A DNA stretch of 64,000 nt, taken from NCBI GenBank assembly GCA_964356315.1, contig CAYHHA010000002.1, forward strand, positions 3,824 through 67,823, given 5' to 3'. Position 1 is the stretch's first letter; each line of letters opens with the position of its first letter. Source of the stretch: an uncultured Gammaproteobacteria bacterium (GTDB taxonomy: Bacteria > Patescibacteriota > Microgenomatia > UBA10105 > UBA927). Both the position numbers and the translations under genes were made by a program. The notes under the pieces were generated by a model that saw only the letters and a list, made by a program, of their open reading frames with translations, searched no databases and was not told the origin of the DNA. Positions 40,365 to 50,242 of the stretch are shown here, in pieces.

Positions 40365-41285
40365 ATGTTTAGCCCATTTCGCCAGAAAAAATATGAAATA
40401 CCGCTCGTATCTGTTGACCTGGGAGCAGGAACAGTGCGCGTTCCAGTTGCCGAGCTGTCATCGGGAAAAGATGGGAAGACGCTTCTTATCACTGCTGGAA
40501 ACGATGGGGATGAATATGCTGGCATAGAGGCCTGTTATAGAATCATAGAAGAATTTTCGCATACACCGTTTTCTGGAAAGCTGATTGTGATTCCGATCGT
40601 AAATATTCCTGGATTTGAAGCCGAAATGAGTCAAAACCCACTGGATGGAAAATTTCCAAAATATATTTATCCAGGGAACATCAATGGTTCTGCCTCCGAA
40701 CGGCTACGTTATTGGGTGAGTGAGTATGCTGAGTCGTCTGATTTTTGGTTGGATTTGCATGGTGGTTCACTTGTTGAATCATTAGTGCCGTTTGCATGGG
40801 GTTGGAAAAGTGATCAAAAAGATATTGATGCGACGGTTCTTTCAATGATACAAAAATTTCCCTTACCATATTCTGCACTGAGTAAATCACTGAGGTTTTC
40901 AAAGCGTCTTGCATCAAGAGGGTGTGGATATGTATTAACCGAATCTGGAGCTGGTGGAGATAATACTGGAAAATCAGTCGAATTGCAGACAACAATGGTT
41001 CGCATAGTGATGAATGAATTACATATGATAGAAGGTGATTATCAACAATGTAGCAAGAAGATATATGGCTTGGTATCTGACCATATTCTGAAAAAGAGTG
41101 GGATATGGCATTCGATAGTTTCTCACGGTATGGTTGTTCAAAAAGGGTCAATCATCGGAACTGTTTGCTCATTATCAGGAGATACTATCGAAACTGTCAT
41201 AGCAAAACATAACGGCATGATATTATGGGTTAAAGTGGGGTTGAGTGGTCGCAAAGGAGATGTGGTAGCAGGATTGGGATGTTAA
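40365..41285 (+). CDS. succinylglutamate desuccinylase/aspartoacylase (AstE/M14-like) family protein
   Basis: LLITAGNDGDEYAG, IPIVNIPGF, DLHGG, C-terminal hybrid barrel. Confidence 0.78.
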   Translation: MFSPFRQKKYEIPLVSVDLGAGTVRVPVAELSSGKDGKTLLITAGNDGDEYAGIEACYRIIEEFSHTPFSGKLIVIPIVNIPGFEAEMSQNPLDGKFPKYIYPGNINGSASERLRYWVSEYAESSDFWLDLHGGSLVESLVPFAWGWKSDQKDIDATVLSMIQKFPLPYSALSKSLRFSKRLASRGCGYVLTESGAGGDNTGKSVELQTTMVRIVMNELHMIEGDYQQCSKKIYGLVSDHILKKSGIWHSIVSHGMVVQKGSIIGTVCSLSGDTIETVIAKHNGMILWVKVGLSGRKGDVVAGLGC

Positions 41286-41587
41286 GAATAGCTTTCTCCC
41301 CATTCATGCATTTGTTCAATAATTTTTCGAAGAGAGGATCCTTTGGAAGTTAATGAATATTCAACATGGAGTGGAACTTCCGCAAAAACCTTTTTATGGA
41401 TAATACCATCTTTTTCCAACTGTTGAAGTCGTAGGGATAATGTTCGCGGGCTGATGCCAGAGAGAGACCGTTGCAATTCTCCGAATCTTCTCGTATTTTC
41501 ACAGAGCTCCCGAAGAAGCAGTGGAGTCCATTTTCTTCCGATTATAGACAATGTTGTGGTAACGCACGCTTTGTTTGTATGTTTCAT
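41282..41587 (-). CDS. HxlR/YodB family winged-helix regulator
   Basis: C..TLSIIGRKW, RRFGELQRSL.GISPRTLS.RL..LE, VPLHVEYSLT. Confidence 0.92.
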   Translation of the reverse strand: MKHTNKACVTTTLSIIGRKWTPLLLRELCENTRRFGELQRSLSGISPRTLSLRLQQLEKDGIIHKKVFAEVPLHVEYSLTSKGSSLRKIIEQMHEWGESYS

Positions 41588-41591
41588 ACTA

Positions 41592-41623
41592 TACTTTTTG
41601 TAAGTACTATACAAAATATAGTA
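41592..41623. promoter_or_regulatory. two overlapping palindromes, putative HxlR/YodB-type operators
   Basis: TACT-N7-AGTA (41592-41606) and TACTATA-N5-TATAGTA (41605-41623) between divergent genes. Confidence 0.62.
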
Positions 41624-41681
41624 ACTAGTCTACTATGTAGTGAGTATAACAATAATACCATTTATATTAAAGGAGAACTAT

Positions 41682-42296
41682 ATGTCTACATGGAACACCA
41701 TCGCAACCGATGAAATAATCGAGAAAACAGTGTCAGCATTGAATGCAAATGGTATTGCAACAATTGTTGTCAATACGAAAGAAGAAGCGAGAGCGGCGGT
41801 ATTGGAACTCTTACCAAAACAGTCTGAGGTGATGACGATGACCTCAGTAACATTAGATCAGACAGGAATTGAAAAAGCGATAAATGCCTCAGGTGACTAT
41901 GAAGCAATGAAGCCAAAATTATATGCGCTAGACCGGGCGACACAAGGAAAAGAAATGCAACAAATTGGAGCCACTTCAGAATATTCTGTCGGAAGTGTAC
42001 AGGCGGTTACGCAGGACGGAAGTATCGTTATGGTTTCAGCAACCGGGAGTCAATTGGCAGGATACGCATACGGATCGTCTCATGTCGTCTTGGTTGTCGG
42101 TGCACAAAAAATTGTGCCGACTTTAGACGATGCTATGAAGCGTGTACATACTCACGTGCTTCCCCTGGAGAGTGAAAGAGCGCATAAAGCGTATGGGGTT
42201 CCTGGGAGTAATGTAAGCAAACTCCTGATTATCTCTAAAGAAGTAAATCCCAAGAGGATTGTACTGGTTATTGTGAAGGAAGCGTTGGGATTTTAA
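41682..42296 (+). CDS. LUD domain protein (LutC/YkgG-like)
   Basis: SVTLDQ.G, SVQAVTQDG, SATGSQL, VVGAQKIVPTLDDA; SD AAGGAG. Confidence 0.82.
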   Translation: MSTWNTIATDEIIEKTVSALNANGIATIVVNTKEEARAAVLELLPKQSEVMTMTSVTLDQTGIEKAINASGDYEAMKPKLYALDRATQGKEMQQIGATSEYSVGSVQAVTQDGSIVMVSATGSQLAGYAYGSSHVVLVVGAQKIVPTLDDAMKRVHTHVLPLESERAHKAYGVPGSNVSKLLIISKEVNPKRIVLVIVKEALGF

Positions 42297-42366
42297 CATC
42301 CCAGGTTGTTTTCCTTTGAGTTGCATTATGTAAATCCTCCCAAATGGATGATATGATGAGTATGGT

Positions 42367-44052
42367 ATGATACTGCCCGATGACCAGCTTCAATCATTGT
42401 TAGTCGAACATTCTGTCGCGCCAATAGAAAAAATTCAAGCGGTGCGTGATGCGGCGATAGCTTCACATGGCTCTTTCGTAAATGAGCTTATTGATAAAGG
42501 AGTTGTTTCTGATGAGCAAATTGGCTCTATTATTTCCGCAAATCTGAAGGTTCCATTTGTCGTTCTTTCTAAGGTTGCGATTTCTGAAGATGTGTTTCAT
42601 ATCATTCCAGAAAAAACAGCCCGTAAGTATAAAACAATCGTATTTGGACGAGGAGCCGAAGGTGTGCAGTTGGCTATGACGGAGCCTAAGGTCACTGATT
42701 TGGTCGGAATGGTGGCAAAAAAAACACATCAAAAAGTGACTGTCTATTATGCTACGGAGCGAGATGTTGAAAATACTCTGCAAATATATAAAAAAGTATT
42801 GCAAAAGACGATCGATGAACTTCTTCGAGAAGACATAAAAAAAGCGACTACACTGGTATCAGATGATTTACCGATCGCAAAAATTGTAGATGTGTTGCTT
42901 GATAGCGCCTATCAAGATAAATCTTCAGATGTCCATATAGAACCAGAAGAAAATAATTCCCTGATTCGATTCCGTATTGACGGCGTTCTTCATGATGTGC
43001 TTCGTGTCCCTAAAGCGCTTCATGACCGAATCATGACAAGAATAAAAGTTCTTTCCAGTTTGCGAACTGATGAACATTTAAGTGCGCAGGATGGAAAAAT
43101 GCGCATTGCCCTTGAAGAGGAGCAGATTGACATTCGCGTATCCATTTTACCTGTTTCTGAAGGTGAAAAGGCGGTGCTTCGTATCCTTTCTTCGAATTCT
43201 CGTGAATATTCTCTAGCGGATCTGGGAATGAACGAACCAGATCTGAAAAAAGTAAATAATGCCTATGAAAAATCATACGGAATGATTTTATCCACTGGCC
43301 CGACTGGCTCAGGGAAAACCACATCAATATACGCAATATTAAAAATATTAAATACAAGAGATAAAAATATTACGACGATTGAAGATCCAGTTGAATATAG
43401 GGTAAAAGGAGCAAGTCAGGTGCAGGTGAACGTAAAGACAAATCTGACATTTGCCAATGGGCTTCGCAGTATTTTACGACAGGATCCAAATATTATCTTT
43501 GTAGGAGAGATCCGAGATGGGGAAACAGCTGCTATTGCGGTAAATGCTGCTTTGACAGGTCATTTGGTGCTATCAACATTGCATACAAATGATGCTGCAA
43601 CTGCAATTCCTCGCTTGAGCGATATGAAGATCGAGCCGTTCCTTGTTGCGTCTACAGTAAACCTTATCATCGCACAGAGGTTGCTGCGAAAAATCTGTGA
43701 TTCTTGTAAGACGCAAATGACGATGCCCAGATCAGAACTTGAAAAACACATCGCTCCGCAGATGATAGAAAAACATTTCGGAACAGGCCATGATATTTCA
43801 TTATTTTCTGGAGCAGGTTGCAAGGTGTGTCACAAGACTGGGTATCTAGGTCGACTTGGGGTGTTTGAGGTCCTTGAAGTGTCAAAGGAAATCAAACGAC
43901 TAATTTCTTTAAACAGCGACTCTGACGAAATAAATAAACAGGCGGTCCAGGAGGGTATGAATACCATGCTTAACGATGGTCTTGATAAAGTTAAAAAAGG
44001 ATTCACAACAATCGAAGAAGTACTTCGAGTAACAAAGGTGGAAAACTTATGA
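42367..44052 (+). CDS. pilB: type IV pilus/T2SS assembly ATPase (PilB/GspE)
   Basis: SDVHIEP, GPTGSGKTT, TIEDPVEY, LRQDP, GEIRD, TGHLVLSTLHTN, CxxC..CxxC. Confidence 0.94.
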   Translation: MILPDDQLQSLLVEHSVAPIEKIQAVRDAAIASHGSFVNELIDKGVVSDEQIGSIISANLKVPFVVLSKVAISEDVFHIIPEKTARKYKTIVFGRGAEGVQLAMTEPKVTDLVGMVAKKTHQKVTVYYATERDVENTLQIYKKVLQKTIDELLREDIKKATTLVSDDLPIAKIVDVLLDSAYQDKSSDVHIEPEENNSLIRFRIDGVLHDVLRVPKALHDRIMTRIKVLSSLRTDEHLSAQDGKMRIALEEEQIDIRVSILPVSEGEKAVLRILSSNSREYSLADLGMNEPDLKKVNNAYEKSYGMILSTGPTGSGKTTSIYAILKILNTRDKNITTIEDPVEYRVKGASQVQVNVKTNLTFANGLRSILRQDPNIIFVGEIRDGETAAIAVNAALTGHLVLSTLHTNDAATAIPRLSDMKIEPFLVASTVNLIIAQRLLRKICDSCKTQMTMPRSELEKHIAPQMIEKHFGTGHDISLFSGAGCKVCHKTGYLGRLGVFEVLEVSKEIKRLISLNSDSDEINKQAVQEGMNTMLNDGLDKVKKGFTTIEEVLRVTKVENL

Positions 44053-45101
44053 GAGATGACAGGGTTACCATAGGCAATAGTGAAAAATTGGAATTCGTAG
44101 GGAGTTTATCTACGATGCTGACCGCTGGAATTCCGATACTTGAGGTGGTTAATTCGCTTCGAGAAGACATGAAGGGGGGTCAAAAAATCATTCTAGACAC
44201 TATGTATGAGGATTTGATGCAAGGGAAACATCTGCATCAGACGCTGACACGGTTTCCACAGGTGTTTGATAAGGTGACGGTGAATGTTATTAAAGCTTCG
44301 GAAGAAGCGGGAACGTTGGATATTACCCTAAAAGATTTGAAACATACGATCCAAAAAGATATTGAATTTAACGATAAAGTTCGCTCCGCAATGATGTATC
44401 CAATGTTTATCATTGTTGTATTTGCTGGAGTGCTACTTATGATTTTAACATTTGTTATTCCTAAAATTAGCACTGTATTTTTACGCATGCATGTTGTTCT
44501 TCCTCTTCCCACTCGGATCATGATCTATGTTTCAGATTTGCTGATAAAACAAACAATACCATTCACATTAGCTTTTTCCACTATCTGCTTATTGATCTTC
44601 TTTCTGTATAAAAAGAAAAAAACTGAATTTTTAAACATTGTATTTTCTTTGCCTGTTATTTCAACGCTTGTTGAGCAGATTGATATAACTAGATTTTCAA
44701 GAAGTTTATATTTACTTCTCTCCTCTGGGTTACCGATAACTCAAGCTCTAGAATTAACGAAAGATGTGGTCGTTAAAAAAAAGACATCTCTTATCATTTC
44801 TCAATCGAGGGAAATGGTATTTTCTGGGAAGCCTCTTTCAGAAGGATTTAGAGCTGCAAAAGGGTATATTCCATCTATCATGATCAAACTCATGGAGGCA
44901 GGAGAGAAGACTGGATCCCTTGATAAATCTATGTCGGATATATCAGAATATTTTGACTATCAAGTTACCAATACGCTCAAAACATTAACAGCACTTTTGG
45001 AGCCAATTCTATTGGTGTTCGTCGGTATCGCAGTAGGAGGCATGATGCTTGCGATTATTACTCCAATTTATGGTTTGATAAGTCAGGTCGGGGCAAGATA
45101 A
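44049..45101 (+). CDS. pilC: type IV pilus platform protein (PilC/GspF)
   Basis: two T2SSF repeats, AMMYP, GEKTGSL, LLEP. Confidence 0.92.
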   Translation: MRDDRVTIGNSEKLEFVGSLSTMLTAGIPILEVVNSLREDMKGGQKIILDTMYEDLMQGKHLHQTLTRFPQVFDKVTVNVIKASEEAGTLDITLKDLKHTIQKDIEFNDKVRSAMMYPMFIIVVFAGVLLMILTFVIPKISTVFLRMHVVLPLPTRIMIYVSDLLIKQTIPFTLAFSTICLLIFFLYKKKKTEFLNIVFSLPVISTLVEQIDITRFSRSLYLLLSSGLPITQALELTKDVVVKKKTSLIISQSREMVFSGKPLSEGFRAAKGYIPSIMIKLMEAGEKTGSLDKSMSDISEYFDYQVTNTLKTLTALLEPILLVFVGIAVGGMMLAIITPIYGLISQVGAR

Positions 45102-45102
45102 T

Positions 45103-45585
45103 ATGAATAAGTCACGTGGCTTTGTTCTTATCGAAATCGTAGTGGTATTTGGCATGCTTGCGGTGCTTACTATTATGACGACGTTAAATGTATTTGGATC
45201 CAATAGAACTGCTTCACTGACAGGGGCTATAAATATTCTTATAGCGGATATGAAAAGTCAACAGACTAAAGCGATGACAGGGTCACAAGTGTCTGGTGTT
45301 TCTCCACTCGGGTTTGGAATACATTTTGATTCGACTGGATATACTTTATTTAAAGGACTAACGTATTCTGCCACTGAACCAACAAATAGCCGTATAAATA
45401 ACGATATAAAAGTCCGATTTAGTAACATCTCTCTTCCGAATGGATCGCTCGTATATGCCTCAAGAAGTGGAGAATTTGTTGGCTATTCATCAACGTCTAG
45501 CACCGTAACCGTTACTCATATCGATAGTGGGATATCAAAAACAGTATTTTTAAATAAATATGGTGTTATCACAGCAATTAACTAA
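45103..45585 (+). CDS. minor pilin (FimT/GspH-like)
   Basis: class III signal RG|FVLIE plus hydrophobic helix. Confidence 0.85.
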   Translation: MNKSRGFVLIEIVVVFGMLAVLTIMTTLNVFGSNRTASLTGAINILIADMKSQQTKAMTGSQVSGVSPLGFGIHFDSTGYTLFKGLTYSATEPTNSRINNDIKVRFSNISLPNGSLVYASRSGEFVGYSSTSSTVTVTHIDSGISKTVFLNKYGVITAIN

Positions 45586-48007
45586 CAAACGATTATATTC
45601 TAGCGGACAGTTGCTTATTGAATTGTTGCTCGCACTTGGGTTATGTGCGATCATGTTGCCAGTTTTAGCTGTTGGGTTATTAGCATCCAGAGAGGGAAAA
45701 GCACAACAGATACAACGTTCTGACGCTACAACGCTCACCAAAGAAGCGTATGATGCTTTACGAATAGTGCGTGAACAAGGGTGGAGTAGTGTTTCTACCA
45801 ATGGAAGATACTACCCCGTAGTAGTCAATAACACATGGACGTTGGCAACTGGATCTGCCGTGATAGGAGGGTTTACCCGATTTGTAGACATTATGGATGT
45901 GTATCGGGATTCTAATGGAAATTTTGCTACCAGCAGTGGGACTGTCGATCCGTCAACGAAAAAAATTGTTATCACTGTGTCATGGGATACTCCGTACTCC
46001 TCTAGTGCTAGTTCTACTTATTATGTCGTCAGAACTGACAATACTGTATATACGTCTGGATCATATGCTGATTTCAATAGCGGAACAAAAGTGCAAACTC
46101 AGGCAACAGATCCATCTGATGGACGGATTAAGCTTGCGAATAACACAAAAGGGCAATGGTGTTTGCCATCATTTTCTAGCGCATCTATATCACTGCCTGA
46201 TGGGCCACCTGTTGCTGTCGCTGCAAAATCCGAGTCGTCTATAGCAAATCCAAACAAAGTGTTTGTCGCGCTATCACCACTAACCACAACTCAAAGGAAG
46301 TTGGCGTATGTTTCAGTAAGTGCGAATACCGACCCTCCTGTCCCTACCCTTAGCGGAATATTTACCATGGATTCTACGCTGTATAGTAATGCGTCGCTCG
46401 TGCCAGTTGGCACAGGTTTGGATAATTCATTTAAAACAAATAAAGTGTCCTACTATACATCTTCTTCAGGAAAAACATACGCACTTCTTGCAACGACAAA
46501 GCCGGATAAGGAGGTCATTGCAATATTGGTTGACGATAATAACGCAAGTAATGATGGGACAAACAATGGAGAGTATCAGGATTATACGAATAAAATTTTT
46601 AAATATTGGACGTATTTTAACACCCGTATCTATCAGGGAAATTCTGCATCTACTCCAAATCAAGATCAAGCTCCGTATACCGCCGGTGCCGCATCTATAG
46701 CTGTGTATCAAGATAAAGGGTATATGATTTCAGGGGGATATCTCTATGTGTTTGATTTATCAGCCATTGATTCTAAGTCGCCAAGTACTGGCCTGGACAT
46801 GGTTGGGTGTCGTATAGAGTTGGATGGTTCAGATTGTAATGCGTCTACCAGTAGAGTAAGGAAATATGGCTCGGGAAATACCGGTACAAGTTTTGGAAAT
46901 GAATCTGCTGGTCAAACAGGTTGTATAGACGGGGGAATGGTACAAATATATGCAGACAACGATGTCTACCCAGTTTCAGTTGGGGGAAATATGTATGTGT
47001 ATGTCGCCGTGGGTTCAGGGACAGATCCAGAATTTAACATTGTGAACGTCACGAGTGTACCAACCTCTGGATCAAGTCCGACGATTTCAAATAATTCCTG
47101 CGGAAGAATCACGGGCGGAAATAGTGGGTGGAAGCGGATAAGTTCACTAGATTTTAATTCCAAAACAAATACACAAGAAACAGCAAATTCGGTGTTTGGT
47201 AACGCTGATGGAACAAGAGCATATATATCTTCGAACGGAACAGTAGATGCAAACAATGATGGATTGGCAGACAGTGATCAATTTTATGTGATAAATACAT
47301 CAAATAAAAGTGCGCCCACATTTCTCTCCGGCACTGCAGCCACGGGCGCGCAAAGTGGGTATTACTTGGGAAGTGGTGCAAATGCTCAGCAATATCCGAG
47401 ACGTTCGATTACTGTCTTTGGTGATTCTCGAGCGCTGCTTGCAGGTATTGATGGTGTCACAGATGGCAATGATGCGCAAGAGTATCAAGTGCTTAATGTT
47501 AGTAATGAATCATCACCCTCATATTGTGGCGGCACACAATTTGCTTCGGGATTTAATGATATGACTTCTATTGCGGAAGCAGATGGAGATAAATATGTCT
47601 ATCTTGTGGGAAACTCTGGCGCCAATGAATTGAAGATTATTCAAGGCGGTCCAGATGGGCCATTTTTGGATACAGGAACGTATGAATCTTCAACAACAGA
47701 TTTAGGAAATAATGTAACATTTAATCGATTTGATGTTATCGAAAATCTCCCAGCAAGCACCTCTATACAATACCAACTCGCCATCACCGATGCCGTATCG
47801 GGGAGTTGCAATGGCGCTACATTCGCCTATGTGGGGCCAGATGGGACGAGTGGTACTAAATTTGCAACAGGAAGCGCCATCCCTATTGGGAGAAGTGGAA
47901 CTCTTAAAAATCCAGGACGGTGTATGCGATATAAAGCATATTTATCAACGACTGATTATAACGTGACCCCAACGTTGTTGGATGTGATCTTTAATTATTC
48001 TTTATGA
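45560..48007 (+). CDS. giant minor pilin (815 aa) with large beta-rich, Cys-paired C-terminal region
   Basis: SG|QLLIELLLAL prepilin motif; DANNDGLAD loop; S/T/G/N-rich. Confidence 0.8.
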   Translation: MVLSQQLTNKRLYSSGQLLIELLLALGLCAIMLPVLAVGLLASREGKAQQIQRSDATTLTKEAYDALRIVREQGWSSVSTNGRYYPVVVNNTWTLATGSAVIGGFTRFVDIMDVYRDSNGNFATSSGTVDPSTKKIVITVSWDTPYSSSASSTYYVVRTDNTVYTSGSYADFNSGTKVQTQATDPSDGRIKLANNTKGQWCLPSFSSASISLPDGPPVAVAAKSESSIANPNKVFVALSPLTTTQRKLAYVSVSANTDPPVPTLSGIFTMDSTLYSNASLVPVGTGLDNSFKTNKVSYYTSSSGKTYALLATTKPDKEVIAILVDDNNASNDGTNNGEYQDYTNKIFKYWTYFNTRIYQGNSASTPNQDQAPYTAGAASIAVYQDKGYMISGGYLYVFDLSAIDSKSPSTGLDMVGCRIELDGSDCNASTSRVRKYGSGNTGTSFGNESAGQTGCIDGGMVQIYADNDVYPVSVGGNMYVYVAVGSGTDPEFNIVNVTSVPTSGSSPTISNNSCGRITGGNSGWKRISSLDFNSKTNTQETANSVFGNADGTRAYISSNGTVDANNDGLADSDQFYVINTSNKSAPTFLSGTAATGAQSGYYLGSGANAQQYPRRSITVFGDSRALLAGIDGVTDGNDAQEYQVLNVSNESSPSYCGGTQFASGFNDMTSIAEADGDKYVYLVGNSGANELKIIQGGPDGPFLDTGTYESSTTDLGNNVTFNRFDVIENLPASTSIQYQLAITDAVSGSCNGATFAYVGPDGTSGTKFATGSAIPIGRSGTLKNPGRCMRYKAYLSTTDYNVTPTLLDVIFNYSL

Positions 48008-48492
48008 AGCGAAAGACGTTAGGATTTACTATTGTAGAACTGTTGATATATACATCCATCCTTTTGGTTCTCTTATATATTTTTACGAGCATGTTTTCTT
48101 CAATTTTGGATGTGCAACTAGAATCTGAAACACAAAGTGCAATTATCCAAGATAGTGGATATATTTTCTCTCGGCTACAATATGATATTGGTCGTGCATC
48201 TTCAATTCAGACCCCTGCTTCTTTAGGGCAATCATCTGGATCATTAGTGCTTCAAATAAACGGAAGTGGGTATACGTACTCTGTTTCAAATGGCTTGCTA
48301 TTGATCGAAAACGCTGGTTCGAGTGCTTCTCTCAATAGTGTTGGCACTACCGTATCAAATGTTTCCTTTCGTAGATACGGTAATATAAACGGAAAGAATA
48401 GTGTCAGTGTCGTGTTCACTCTTACGTCTACGACTCAGCGAACTCATGGGTATGAATCACAGGACTTTCAATCAACAATTGGATTGAGATAA
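48004..48492 (+). CDS. minor pilin (PilW/GspJ-like)
   Basis: LG|FTIVELLIY. Confidence 0.85.
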   Translation: MKRKTLGFTIVELLIYTSILLVLLYIFTSMFSSILDVQLESETQSAIIQDSGYIFSRLQYDIGRASSIQTPASLGQSSGSLVLQINGSGYTYSVSNGLLLIENAGSSASLNSVGTTVSNVSFRRYGNINGKNSVSVVFTLTSTTQRTHGYESQDFQSTIGLR

Positions 48493-48505
48493 AAATTATC
48501 TAGCT

Positions 48506-48901
48506 ATGAAAAAAATAATTATCAAATCGGTAGCGTTGCAGAGCGGACAAGCTCTTGTGATCTTGTTATTTTATATGATTATCGCGATAACACTCACCAC
48601 AACCGCTGTTGCGGTGGTAGTTTCAAATTCACTTTCTGCAACAAGAAATGAACAAGGAGCACTTGCGCTTCAAATAGCTGAAGCGGGAGCTGAAAACGCT
48701 ATAGTACGCTTGCTTCGATCTACTAGTTACACGGGAGAGACTTTGACAATCGGATCTGGTAATGCAACAGTATCTGTAAGCGGAACATCAACAAAGACCA
48801 TACGATCTATAGGGGTAATAAGTGGTTTTTCAAGAACCGTTGAGGTTACGGCGACGCTTATAAATGGCGTATTGACGGTAAGTTCATGGCAAGAAATATA
48901 A
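48506..48901 (+). CDS. minor pilin (PilX/GspK-like)
   Basis: SG|QALVILL without Glu5, A...AEAG.E.A motif, C-terminal WQE. Confidence 0.8.
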   Translation: MKKIIIKSVALQSGQALVILLFYMIIAITLTTTAVAVVVSNSLSATRNEQGALALQIAEAGAENAIVRLLRSTSYTGETLTIGSGNATVSVSGTSTKTIRSIGVISGFSRTVEVTATLINGVLTVSSWQEI

Positions 48902-48988
48902 AGTATGGATACTCTTATAATAAGAATTATTGCGGGTATAATCTTTTCTAAGCCAAATCAATAAGAATTGATTTGGCAAGAAATAATT

Positions 48989-49675
48989 ATGTTTAATCAA
49001 AAATCTATTGTGCTGGTGTTTATCGATCATAGCGGTATTACCTTCTTTGGTGGGAGTCTTACTGAGATGGTCGTAGTCATAGTGCCTGAGACGATTATTC
49101 GGGATATGGAAGTTTTGTCAAAAGATGGATTATATTCACTTATTAAAGACTGGGTGAAAAAATATAATTTGATTGGATCTCAAATTGTCATGATTTTTTC
49201 GGAGACTATGTATTTTGAAAAAATATTTGTACAAACGGAACAGTCTCAGGTTGAAACAGATATCTTAATATTTTTTGAAATGGTACCGTATGAATCGATT
49301 TGGTCAAAAGTCTATCCTGAAAAAGGTGGAAAACGTGCAATAGCTGTGAGTCGTGCTTTTTATGAAGGATTGCATCAAGGCTTTTTACTACAGGGGCTCC
49401 CAACGAAAGCGGTGATTCCCTCTTTTGTGCTTGGTGATTTTGAGAAACAGCATAGTCTAGATCATAAACTTGCAACTCATATCCTTGAGAATCTGGACCG
49501 ATTATGTAAAATGAGCCTTCTAGATACTCATGAATCCAACGTCATTCGCCCTGAGGCTCCTATTTCGATTTCTTCAGACCAGGGTAAGAAAAAATCAACC
49601 TTGCCGATGCTGTTATCTGTTTTTGGACTACTTCTTCTGGTCCTCGGCATTGTTGTGTACCTGCAATATCGATAA
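48989..49675 (+). CDS. hypothetical protein with C-terminal TM, possible divergent pilus alignment protein
   Basis: position in the pilus cluster; cytoplasmic alpha/beta domain plus terminal TM. Confidence 0.5.
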   Translation: MFNQKSIVLVFIDHSGITFFGGSLTEMVVVIVPETIIRDMEVLSKDGLYSLIKDWVKKYNLIGSQIVMIFSETMYFEKIFVQTEQSQVETDILIFFEMVPYESIWSKVYPEKGGKRAIAVSRAFYEGLHQGFLLQGLPTKAVIPSFVLGDFEKQHSLDHKLATHILENLDRLCKMSLLDTHESNVIRPEAPISISSDQGKKKSTLPMLLSVFGLLLLVLGIVVYLQYR

Positions 49676-49728
49676 ATAGGTAATATACCCTTGACAAAGA
49701 AACACGAAGTAAGATACGGTAAAAGTAT

Positions 49729-50196
49729 ATGAAAAACACACTGCCTAATGGGCGTAAAGGTTTTACGCTCATCGAGTTGCTCGTTGTCATCGGTATCTTG
49801 GCGGTACTTTTGGCAATCACATTAATCGCCATAAATCCTGCACGTCAGTTCTCGCAGGCGAATAATACAAAACGCGCTAGTGACGTTAACGCGATTTTGA
49901 ATGCAGTCGGTCAATTTGCCGCGGATAGCAGAGGTACGTTGCCTGCTGGTATCACAACGTCAGCACTGACGGTTGCAGATGCCGCTGCGGGAGGCGCAGA
50001 TATTTGTGCAGATCTGACAACACAGTATCTAGCTGCGTTGCCTGTAGATCCGTTGACAAATAACGGACAGCCTATAACAAACTGCGCGGTCGCGTATACG
50101 ACTAATTATACGATCGTCAGAAGCGCTGCCGATAATCGCATAACAGTCGCAGCACCAGCTGCAGAGCTTGGAGCTACAATTTCAGTAACTCGATAA
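49729..50196 (+). CDS. probable major type IV pilin
   Basis: KG|FTLIELLVVIGILAVL, INP, LPVDP, Cys pair; own TTGACA (49691-49696) upstream and own terminator. Confidence 0.88.
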   Translation: MKNTLPNGRKGFTLIELLVVIGILAVLLAITLIAINPARQFSQANNTKRASDVNAILNAVGQFAADSRGTLPAGITTSALTVADAAAGGADICADLTTQYLAALPVDPLTNNGQPITNCAVAYTTNYTIVRSAADNRITVAAPAAELGATISVTR

Positions 50197-50216
50197 TCTT
50201 ATATAGATGATCGGAC

Positions 50217-50242
50217 AAAAAACGCCCTGAGGGGCGTTTTTT
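50217..50242. terminator. bidirectional intrinsic terminator
   Basis: AAAAAACGCCC-TGAG-GGGCGTTTTTT. Confidence 0.85.

Noticed and set aside
7813-41285. Short convergent 3' overlaps (7813-7826, 9546-9560, 35789-35792, 41282-41285) as antisense regulation
   Set aside because: Explained by ordinary genome compaction.
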